In this document: piece by piece, positions 26,614 through 36,100 of the stretch
How the letters are laid out: each line of letters starts with the position of its first letter
Position numbering within the stretch: the first letter of the stretch is position 1
DNA from: Thermoplasmata archaeon
GTDB lineage: Archaea; Thermoplasmatota; Thermoplasmata; Lutacidiplasmatales; UBA184
Assembly: GCA_030040865.1 (NCBI GenBank)
Contig: JASHSX010000087.1
Span: 1 to 62,126, forward strand
Direction: 5' to 3'
DNA: 62,126 nt
Translations under genes and position numbers: made by a program
The notes under the pieces: generated by a model
What the model was told of the DNA's origin: nothing
Seen by the model: only the letters and a program-made list of their open reading frames with translations
Databases searched by the model: none

Positions 26614-27153
26614 GTGCAGGAGATCATCGAGGGGAGGGTCTGGACGCTCGGTCGCGACGTCGACACGGACCAGATCATCTCCGGCAAGTACCTCACGATC
26701 ATCGACCCGAACGAGCTCAAGAAGCACGTCTTCGAGATCGCCCTGCCCGAATTCGCGAGCGAAGCCCGGGCGGGCGACATCCTCGTCGCCGACGAGAACT
26801 TTGGCTCCGGCTCGAGCCGCGAGCACGCCCCGCAGGCGATGCGCGCGATCGGAGTGGGCGCCGTCGTGGCCGACTCGTTCGCGCGAATCTTCTACCGGAA
26901 CGCGATCAACCTCGGCATCCCGACGATCGAAGCGCGCGGGGTCCGGGCGATCTTCGAGAAGGGCGACACCGCCCGGATCGAGATGCGCGGCGGCCGTGTG
27001 ACGAACGTTCGGACCGGCGCGTCGATCGCTTTCCCGCCGATCCCGGCCCATCTCCTCGGTCTCCTCGAGGCGGGGGGGCTCGTCGAGAAGGTCCGTCAGG
27101 AACTCGCGTCGCGGAAGGCGGCCGCGTCACCCCCGCCGCCTCCGGTGCCATGA
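26614..27153 (+). CDS. leuD: 3-isopropylmalate / homoaconitate dehydratase small subunit
   Basis: 179 aa from GTG 26614, preceded by GAGG. VDTDQIISGKYL, NFGSGSSREHAPQA, FARIFYRNAINLG. Confidence 0.88.
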   Translation: MQEIIEGRVWTLGRDVDTDQIISGKYLTIIDPNELKKHVFEIALPEFASEARAGDILVADENFGSGSSREHAPQAMRAIGVGAVVADSFARIFYRNAINLGIPTIEARGVRAIFEKGDTARIEMRGGRVTNVRTGASIAFPPIPAHLLGLLEAGGLVEKVRQELASRKAAASPPPPPVP

Positions 27154-28283
27154 GGGCGGCCGGCTACACGATCGCCGCGTTCCCGGGCGACGGGACGGGA
27201 CCCGAGGTCGTCCGAGAGGGGCAGAAGGTGCTGGACGCCCTGGCGGAAGGGGGCCCGGCGCCCTGGACGGTCACGACCTATCCCGGCGGAGGGCAGTACT
27301 ACCTCGCGAAGGGCCGGGAGTGGGATCCGGAGAGCGAGGCGGCCGCGCACGCAGCGGACGCGATCCTCCTCGGTGCCGTCGGGTGGCCGGGCGCGACGCT
27401 TCCGAACGGCGACATCGCCGGTCGTGCCCTCGTCCTGGGACTCCGCGAGGGTCTCGACCTCTACTCGAACGTTCGACCGTGCCGGCTGTACCCGGGCGTC
27501 AAGCACCGTATCAGCGGCGAGTACCGGTCGGTCTGGTCGCCGGACCGGGTCGACATGGTCATCGTGCGGGAGAACACCGAGGACCTGTACACTCCGGCCC
27601 GCGGACGGCTGAGCCGGGGCGGGGAGACCGAGGTCGCCGTGGACACCCGACTGATCACGCGGAAGGGTTCCGAGCGCGTGGTCCGACGGGCGTTCGAGAT
27701 CGCGACCGCACGGAACCGCGGGGCTCCCGACGACGGAGTGAAGCGGGTGACGTGCGTCGACAAGTCGAACGTCCTCGAGGGGTGCCGATTCTTCCGGGAG
27801 ACATTCGACCGGGTCGCCGCCGAGTTCCCCCGGATCGAGAGGGACTACGCGTACGTCGACGCCTTCACGCAGTGGCTGATCCGGAACCCGGAGCGGTACA
27901 ACGTGGTCGTCACGACCAACATGATGGGGGACATCGTGACCGACCTCGCCGCCGTCCTTCAGGGCGGCATGGGGTTCGCGTCGGGGGGCAACATCGGGGA
28001 CGCGCACGGCATGTTCGAGCCCGTCCACGGGAGCGCCCCCAAGTACGCCGGCAAGAACCAGGTGAATCCGTACGCGACGTTCTTCGCGGTCGAGCAGATG
28101 CTCCGCTGGCTCGCGGACCGGCATCACGACGACGGACTGCGCCGACAGGCGGATCGCCTCGAGCGCGCCCTCGCCCGCACTCTCGCCGACGGGGGTTCCG
28201 GCACGTACGACCAGGGAGGGTCGGCGACGACCCGAGAGGCCGGGGACCGCGTGGCGGCGGCGGTCCGGTCCGAGGCGCGATGA
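27150..28283 (+). CDS. leuB: 3-isopropylmalate / homoisocitrate dehydrogenase family
   Basis: 377 aa (ATGA overlap). PGDGTGPEV, LYSNVRPC, VRENTEDLY, DKSNVL, NMMGDIVTDLAA, GSAPKYAGKN. Confidence 0.9.
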   Translation: MRAAGYTIAAFPGDGTGPEVVREGQKVLDALAEGGPAPWTVTTYPGGGQYYLAKGREWDPESEAAAHAADAILLGAVGWPGATLPNGDIAGRALVLGLREGLDLYSNVRPCRLYPGVKHRISGEYRSVWSPDRVDMVIVRENTEDLYTPARGRLSRGGETEVAVDTRLITRKGSERVVRRAFEIATARNRGAPDDGVKRVTCVDKSNVLEGCRFFRETFDRVAAEFPRIERDYAYVDAFTQWLIRNPERYNVVVTTNMMGDIVTDLAAVLQGGMGFASGGNIGDAHGMFEPVHGSAPKYAGKNQVNPYATFFAVEQMLRWLADRHHDDGLRRQADRLERALARTLADGGSGTYDQGGSATTREAGDRVAAAVRSEAR

Positions 28284-29464
28284 TCGGCCGGCGCGTCGCG
28301 CTCGTGGGAGGGGCCTCCACGCCGTTCGGCGTCCGGCCGACGACGTGGACCGAGCTGGCCCAGGAGGTGGGAGCTGCCCTGTTCCGGGCGATGCCCGAGC
28401 TCCGGGCCGAGGACGTCGATTCGCTCTTCGTCGGCGCGGCCGAGCCGGAACGGTTCGCCTTCCAGTCGCACGTCGCCCCGTTGGTCGCGGAACAGATGGG
28501 ACTGCAGCCGCGCCGGATCCTCCAGCGGACCGAGCTCGCCTGCGCCTCGGGCCAGTCCGCCATCCGTTCCGCGTACGCCGCGATCGCGGCCGGACTCTCG
28601 GACGTCGCCGTCGCGGTCGGCGTGGAGAAGATGAACCTTCCCGATATGGCCGAGGCGAACAGCGCAATGGGTTGCGTCCTCGACCGGGCGTGGGACGGAC
28701 CGCACGGGGCGACGGCTCCGCCGTTCTTCGCGATGGTCGCCCAGCGTCACATGCTCGAGTACGGGACCACGGAGGAGCAACTCGCGGCGGTCTCGGAGAA
28801 GAACCATCGATTCGCCAACTCCAACCCCAACGCCCAGTTCTACGCGAAGACGTTCGCCCGCGACAAGCTCCTGCGGCTGCCGGTCGTGGCGCCCCCGCTT
28901 CGTCTGGGGGACTGCTCTTCGATGACGGACGGGGCCGCAGCCGTGGTGCTGGTCGCCGAGGATCTCGCGCGGAAGTATACCGCGACGCCCGGGTGGGTGC
29001 GCGGGACCGGTCAGTACTCGGACTTCCACAATCTCGCGAACGCCGGGTCGCTCACCGACTGGGTCGGGATGAAGCACGCCGTACGCGAGGCGCTCCGCAG
29101 CGCGAAGATCGAGACGGCCGACCTCGACCTTGCCGAGCTCCACGACTGCTTCACGATCTCGGAGATCATCGAGTATGAGGCGCTCGGGCTGTGCGGTCCC
29201 GGCGAGGGCGGTCGGTTCGCGGCGGACGGTCGCGGGGAGCTGGGCGGTGATCTCGCCGTGAACACCCGGGGGGGACTGCTCGGATGCGGTCACCCGCTCG
29301 GGGCGACCGGGATCTCCCAGGCGCTCGAGGTCTACCAGCAGTTCGCCGGAACCGTCCCTCCCGTCCGTCAGGTGAGCTCGCCCGAGTGGGCGCTCGTCCA
29401 CAACCTGTCCGGAAGCGCGAACGTGCACTCGGTGATGGTCTATCAACGGGGGCAAGGCTCCTGA
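28280..29464 (+). CDS. thiolase-domain protein (archaeal acetoacetyl-CoA thiolase / SCP-x type)
   Basis: 394 aa from ATG 28280 (ATGA overlap with the leuB stop). ACASGQSAIRSA (Cys nucleophile), HDCFTISE, GGLLGCGHPLGATG. Confidence 0.9.
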   Translation: MIGRRVALVGGASTPFGVRPTTWTELAQEVGAALFRAMPELRAEDVDSLFVGAAEPERFAFQSHVAPLVAEQMGLQPRRILQRTELACASGQSAIRSAYAAIAAGLSDVAVAVGVEKMNLPDMAEANSAMGCVLDRAWDGPHGATAPPFFAMVAQRHMLEYGTTEEQLAAVSEKNHRFANSNPNAQFYAKTFARDKLLRLPVVAPPLRLGDCSSMTDGAAAVVLVAEDLARKYTATPGWVRGTGQYSDFHNLANAGSLTDWVGMKHAVREALRSAKIETADLDLAELHDCFTISEIIEYEALGLCGPGEGGRFAADGRGELGGDLAVNTRGGLLGCGHPLGATGISQALEVYQQFAGTVPPVRQVSSPEWALVHNLSGSANVHSVMVYQRGQGS

Positions 29465-29496
29465 GCGCGCCGGCGAAACCCCGCCGACCTACCGCG

Positions 29497-29982
29497 GTGA
29501 TCCCGGCCGCCGAAACGGGGCCCGCCCCGGTCTCGTCCCCACCGAAGAAGGAGCGGGGAACGCCGTTCCTGCTCGACTTCGTTCCGCTCGAGGGAGAGAA
29601 GGAGACCCGACTGAAGCCGTTCTTCGATCGCCTGCGGGAGGGTCGCCTTTCCACCACGAAATGCCCTCGGGACGGTCGGATCGACTGGCCGCCGCGGGTC
29701 ACCTGTCCCCGATGCCACACCGAGTCGCTCGAGTGGATCGACCTCCCGGACCAGGGTCGCTTGTATGCGTTCAGCGCGGTGCTCGGGGGCGCCCCGCTGG
29801 GGATGGAGTCCGAGGTCCCGTTCGCCGTGGGGCTCGTCGACCTCGACGGGGCACCGCTCCGCCTGTACGGTCGGATCGAGGGTCGGCCGTGGAACGAGCT
29901 CGCCGTCGGGGAGCCGGTCCGCGTGGAAACGTACGACGTCGGCGACGGGCGCTTCTTCTACCGGTTCCGTACGGTGCGATAG
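29497..29982 (+). CDS. DUF35 OB-fold/Zn-ribbon protein (thiolase/HMG-CoA synthase scaffold type)
   Basis: FFDRLREGRLSTTKCPRDGRIDWPPRVTCPRCH, then the OB-fold (GRLYAFSAV...VGLVDLDG...GEPVRVE). GTG 29497 is the only canonical start after the thiolase stop, so the start is moderately uncertain. Confidence 0.8.
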   Translation: MIPAAETGPAPVSSPPKKERGTPFLLDFVPLEGEKETRLKPFFDRLREGRLSTTKCPRDGRIDWPPRVTCPRCHTESLEWIDLPDQGRLYAFSAVLGGAPLGMESEVPFAVGLVDLDGAPLRLYGRIEGRPWNELAVGEPVRVETYDVGDGRFFYRFRTVR

Positions 29983-30066
29983 GCGAGGAGCGACGCACGC
30001 GGAAACTCGGTCGTCCCGTAGTTCCGGAGTCCCGAAGACCGACCGCGGCGTCTCTCGGTAACAGCC

Positions 30067-30075
30067 TATTTATAG
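30067..30075 (+). promoter_or_regulatory. putative TATA box upstream of aglB
   Basis: TATTTATAG, 47-55 nt upstream of ATG 30122, in an otherwise GC-rich spacer. Confidence 0.4.
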
Positions 30076-30121
30076 AGCCCGTCGGTCTCGCGCGCCGCCA
30101 ATAGCAGGGTATACGCCGTCC

Positions 30122-33100
30122 ATGGAGTCGTCGCGAACGGGTTGGTGGCACCGCCACGGTTGGACCGTGGCGATCCTGCTCGCGGCGTTCGGGATCGCGT
30201 TCGCGATCCGGACGGTCTGGACGTACCCCATCGTCGCGCAGTACGGACCGCTCTACACGTACGCGGGCGGCTCGGACTCCTACTACCACTCGCGCGTGAT
30301 GTCGTACATCATCCTCAACCATACGAATCTCGTGAAGGACCCGCTCCTTCGGTTTCCGGTCGGCGCGATCAACCCGCGCGAGCCGCTGTTCGACTGGATG
30401 AACGCGCTGCTCGGCCTCGTCTTCGCTCCGTTCTTCGGCGGCAACGCCGTCGTGGCGGGCGCGTGGTTCCTCGACCTCCAGGCCCCGCTGTGGGCGGCGC
30501 TCAGCGTGTTTCCGATCTACTGGATCGGCAAGGAGGTCAGCAACCGACGGATGGGCCTCATCGCGGCGCTGATCTACCCGTTCCTCTCCGCGAGCATCGA
30601 CTCGTCGATCTTCGGCTATGCGAACTATCTCTCGTTCTACACGTTCATCATCTTAGTCGCCCTGTATTCGTACCTCCGCACGGTCCGGGCCGTCGGGAGC
30701 CGGAAGTGGATCGCGAGCTACCGGCACCCGCGCCAGTACTGGCCCGGCCTGAGGGCGTTCCTTAGGACCGAGCGGACGGCGGTCAAGTGGGCGGTCTTCA
30801 CGGGGGTCTGTCTGGGCGCGACCGCGCTCGCGTGGCAGGGATACACGTACGTCGTCGTCGTGATCGTCCTCGCCCTCGTCATCTCCGTCGTCGCCGAGCG
30901 GATCCGCAAGGTCGATTCGTTCGGGATGTACGTCTGCGCCTGGATCGTGGGGGCCGTCGGCTTTCCGATGGAGCTGCCGTACTACCTCGTCCAGTACCAC
31001 TCGGACATCTACGGGTTCGAGTCGTTCTTCCTGCTCCAGTTCTTGATTTACTTCGGCGCGCTCCTCCTCCTGCTCCCGTTCGTCATGCTGCGGGACGTTC
31101 CGTGGGTCTTCTCGATCCCGCTCATGGTCGGGGTGATGGGGGCCGGGATCGCCGGCCTCGCGATCGTGAACCCGAGCCTGTTCACGACGATCGTCACGGG
31201 CCAGGGCTACTTCGTGAAGACCCTGATCTACTCGACCGTCGCCGAGGCCCAGGCGCCGACCGTCGACGAGCTCGTGATCGGCTACGGGGTCGTCACGTTC
31301 TTCCTCGCCTTCGCCGGCGTCGGGATCTTCCTGTACCTGCTCGTAAAAGGGCGGTTCAAGCGGGTCCACGTCGTCTTCCTCGTCTTCGCGATCCTCTCGA
31401 TCTACCTGCCCGTCTCCGCGACCAAGTTCTTCCTGTTGGGGTCCCCCGCGTTCGCGCTCCTGCCGGCCGAGGCGATCCGGCGGGCGCTCGACGTGGGCTC
31501 GTATCCCGAGCTGCGCCGTACCGTCGCCTCCCTCTCGGACCGACGCAGCCAGTTCGCCGCGTTCCGCAAGGCGTTCAAGGCGCGTCACGTCCTCGTCATG
31601 CTGCTCGTTCTCGTGATCCTGCTCCCGAACGTCTGGGTCTCGATCGACGCGGGGATCCCGGGGAACACGAAGTCCGGCTACGCCGCCCAGGTCGGCGCCA
31701 CGCTCCCGCCGTGGCTCCAGCTCAACACCACGAGCCCGTCGTCGTACTACTTCGGCGCTGCGGGCTCGTCGCTCGACACGCCCAACCAGTACGATAGCGC
31801 CGGATACAATTGGCTCGCGACGTTAGACACGAACATCCCCGAGCCCGATCGTCCCGCCTTCGTGAGCTGGTGGGACTACGGGTTCCAGGCGATCGACCAG
31901 GGTCAGCATCCGAGCGTCGCGGACAACTTCCAGAACGGGATCGACCCGGCCGGTCAGTTCCTCCTCGCGCAGAACGAGTCGATCGCCATCGGCGTGCTCG
32001 CGACGACGCTGCTCACCGGGATCCCCGCGCAGAGCGCCACCACGTACCTCCCGGCGAACCTGAACCAGATCCTCGCGGCCGACGGCCTCAATACCTCCCG
32101 GCTCAACGGCTACCTCCTCAATCAGGGCAGCGATTACACTACGGTGGTCAACAACCCGACGCTCTACCTCCCCGTCGACGCCAGCACCCTGACCGCCGAG
32201 AACGCGATGTACATGGTCGTCTCGTACTACATCGCCGGCAAGCTGCCGCTCTCGGGCGTCGCGAAGGTCTACAACGACGTCCAGGCGTACACGGGCAACT
32301 CGATCCGCTACGCGATGAGCGACACCCGACTGTTCCCCTTCAGCGGTACCGACACCGGCATCTACTACGCGCCGGCCGACCTCACGGGTCGGGTCATCGA
32401 CGGCGCGGGGAACCCGTCGACGTACTTCAACGTCACCGTGCTCGGCAGCGACGGCAACACCTACCCCGAGGGCCAGGTGCCCGCGGACGTGAGCGCGGTC
32501 AACTACAACATCAATTATTTCGCACCGTTCTACGACTCGATGATCTACCACATCTACATCGGCTACAACGGGACCGATGTCGGGGCGGGTTCGGGCATCC
32601 CGTGCATCAGCTTGAACTGCACGAGCTACCCGCTCGAACCCGGCTGGATGCTCCAGCACTTCCAAGTCATCTACGAGACCGCCTACCTCTGCCCCTCCCA
32701 GACCGACACGGCGGCCTGCTCGGCCACCAACCGCCCGACCGCGATCTCCCAGGCGGCGGCGACCGGTGCCTACGCCGACCTCTCGGCGGACAACTACTTC
32801 AACGGCGGCGAGAGCTTCCTTCAGTACTACCCCGGCCAGACCCTCCTCGGCGAGGTGGTACTCCCCGACGGGACGCCGGTCGCCGGGGCACGCGTGACCG
32901 TCGACGACGGCTGGGGGATCCCGCACATGACGGCCGTCACGGCCAAGGACGGCTCGTTCTCCCTGGTGCTACCCCCGGGAAACGACACCGTCAACGTGAC
33001 GATCGGGACCGTGAACGGGCTCTCGCAGCAGGGGGCCACGCTCCTCAAGTCCGTGAAGATCGACGTGCCGAACGCGATCGGTCTCTCCTACGACGCGCCG

Positions 33101-36100
33101 AATCTCGCCGAGACGTTCACGATCCCGGCGGCGACGGTCTCGGGGAACGTCTACTGGAAGCTCGGCGACAACACGTCGTACGAGAGCGGGGAGCCGCTCA
33201 TCTCGGGGGCCCAGGTCGTGCTGTGGGGCGCGGGTCTGGGCACCCGCACCGCCACGACCGATCCCAGCGGGACGTTCGCGCTCGCCAACGTCCCGTCGGG
33301 CGTCTACAACGCGAGCGTGCTGTACGCGGGGCACAACTTCACGATGACCGCGATCACGGTGACGCCTTCCTCGAGCACCACGCCCCAATCGTTCGGCCTG
33401 CCGGCGTCGAAGGTCGTCGGTCGTGTGATGCAGGGCGAGCAGGGGGTCGCGAACGTGACGGTGACGGCCTCCGCTCCCGGCTTCACGATCTCCAACCTGA
33501 GCGCGTCGAACGGAAACATCACCCTGCCGACGCTGGGACCCGGTAACTACTCGATCGTCGCCAGCCTGCCCGGGACCGGCCTGCGGTCGGCCGGTGCGTT
33601 CGTCCAGATCACGTCCCCCGGCACGACGGTCCACCTCAACTTCACCCTCGCCGCGACCGCGGCCGCCTCGGTCACGCTCGTGGCGAACGGAGCTCCGGTC
33701 TCGGGCATCCCCGTGCGGTTCGTCGCCCTCCCCGACCTCACGAGCAGCAATATGTCCCCGATCGCGGCGTACTCGAGCGTCGCCACGAACGGCACGGTCG
33801 TCACGAGCAGTTCTACCGGCCTCGCGAGCGTCGTCCTGCCGGTCGGGACGTACGAGGCGTACGCGCTCGGCTACGTGGCGGGCACGCTCGACGCGGGCAT
33901 CGGCACCGTGACCACCACGGCTTCGGTCGTCCCCCCGCCCGTGCCGATCGTCCTCACGCCGGCGTACCGTTTATCCGGATCGGTGAACCTGGTCGGAGCA
34001 GTCGGCAGCGAGAGCCAGAGCGCGGTGGTCGCGTACACGAGCGCCGGGGACCCCGTGATCTCCTGGGCCGGGACGAACAGCACGTACGTCCTCTACCTTC
34101 CGTCGGGCACGTACTCCCTCTACGCGGTCCAGGGTACGACCGCCGCGACCGGGCCGTTCTACGCGGCGCTCAGCTCCGTCACGCTCACCGGGCCCGCCTC
34201 GGTCTCCCTCTCGCCGTCGGTCGCGGTCTACGCGCGCTTCTCGACGGGCTCCCACCTCGCCAACGGGTCTCTGTTCCCAGCCCCGACCTCCCGGGCCGTC
34301 ATCTCGTACGGCGCGACCGGCCCCTCGATTCCGCTGGTCGGTTCGGCGAGCGGTGTCCTGGCCGGTTACCTCCCGTCCGCCCTCCCGCTCAGTGTGCCGT
34401 CGTACTGCCTCGCCGTCTCGGCCCCGGGGTTCGCCTCGTCGAACGAGTGCGGGATCTCCCCGAGCGGGCTCGCCGCACTCTCGACGGTGCCGCTCACCCT
34501 GACCCCCGTCTCCGTGACGGTCCGGCTCGTCGGACTCCCCCGCGGCATGTCGGCCGCCGTCAACCTGACGGCGCAGAGCGCGACCGCGGTCACCCGCACG
34601 CTCACCGGCGGCCCGAACGTCGTCTTCTCGACGACCCCGGGAAGCTACGCCGTCAGCGGGTGGACGAGCACCGACAACGGTACCGTCCTCTACGAGCCCT
34701 CCAACCCGGTCTCCGCGACGTTCCCGCTCGGCACGGTCAGCGCGGCCGTCACGCTCCGGGTCGTCGCCACGATCAACGCGACCGGGACCCTCGCGTTGCC
34801 GAAGGACGGAGCGCTCAACGCCACGCTCGTGTCGCTCTCCTCGCCGCAGCTCAACAAGACCGTCAACGGCACGGTGTTCGAGGACGGATTCTTCGCCGCG
34901 GTCGGTAGCTACTCGGTCTACTCGAACGTCACCGTCAACTCGGTGCTCTACACCAACGTGACGACGGCGAGCGTCTCCGCGAACGGCACGATCTCCCCGA
35001 AGATCACGATCGACACCGTCGGCCTACGGGTGAGCGGGACGCTCGAGCGACCGAGCGGCGCCCTCCTGAACGCCAACGCCACGCTCACGATCACCACGCC
35101 CGGCGGGGCCGTCCTTCGGACCTACGCGGCCAACGGAACGTTCACGGTCTACCTGCCGCCGAACGCGACGTACCGGGTGAGCACGTCGACCGCGACCAAC
35201 GTCGTGGGACCGAACGGGACGTACGTGGCGACCTGGACCACCCCGACGAACAGCGCCTGCACGGTCTCTCCGAATTCGCCGAGTTGCCCGGTCCCGCTCG
35301 AACCGACGACGGTGCGCGTCTGGCTGAACGGCACGCTCGTCGCCCCCGGCGTCCCGGGGCTCGTCCCCGGAGCGGTCCGCCTCATCGGTCCGTACCCCTA
35401 CACGAACCTCACGATCGTGAACACCACCTCGGGGGCGTTCTCGGCGCAGGTCCTCCCGGGGAGCTACTCGGTCTACGCGTCGGGGGGCGGGGTCTCCGAT
35501 CTCCTGGCGAACTTCACCGAACTCCTGGCGCTGCCGACCACGAACGGGTCCTCGACGATCTCGCTTCTACCGGCCTGGGTGGCGACGCTCGGGGTCGCTC
35601 CGGCGAACGTGTCGCTCGCGCCGCCGGGACCGGCGAACGTGACGGTCCGCAACGCGTTCGGCCTCACTACGGTCCTTCCGGGGGTTCGCGGCTCCGCGTC
35701 CCAATCGATCGCCCTTCCCGTCGGGACGTACGTCGTCAGCGGCGCCTCGAGCGGGTACCCGTACGGCCTCAAGACCGCGGCGAACGGCGCCCTGAACCTC
35801 ACGATCGTTTCGGGGAACGTCGGCGCCACCGTGCCGCTCGCCTACGCGTTCGTGCCGTCGGTCACCGGCACGCTCACCGGTCGGGGCTCCGTCCTCGTGA
35901 ACGCCGGTACGCAGGTCAGCTTCTCGTTCACCGTGAAGAACACGGGGAACGTACCGGTGACGATCCATCCGACCGGCGGCCCGTCGTACTGGCCGTTCAA
36001 CTTCACGCTTCAGAACGTGACGGTCCCGGTCGGTGTCCAGCTGGGCGGCGTGGCGATGATCACGGTGCCGGCGGGCACGATCGTCGACCACCCGGGAGTC

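Noticed and set aside
30653-33634. Several 200-580-aa ORFs in other frames or strands inside aglB (30653..31588, 30787..31797, 31810..33546, 31823..32926, 32969..33634)
   Set aside because: All are off-frame to the continuous AglB reading frame, which carries the WWDYG and other motifs. Their products are R/D/G/P-rich.
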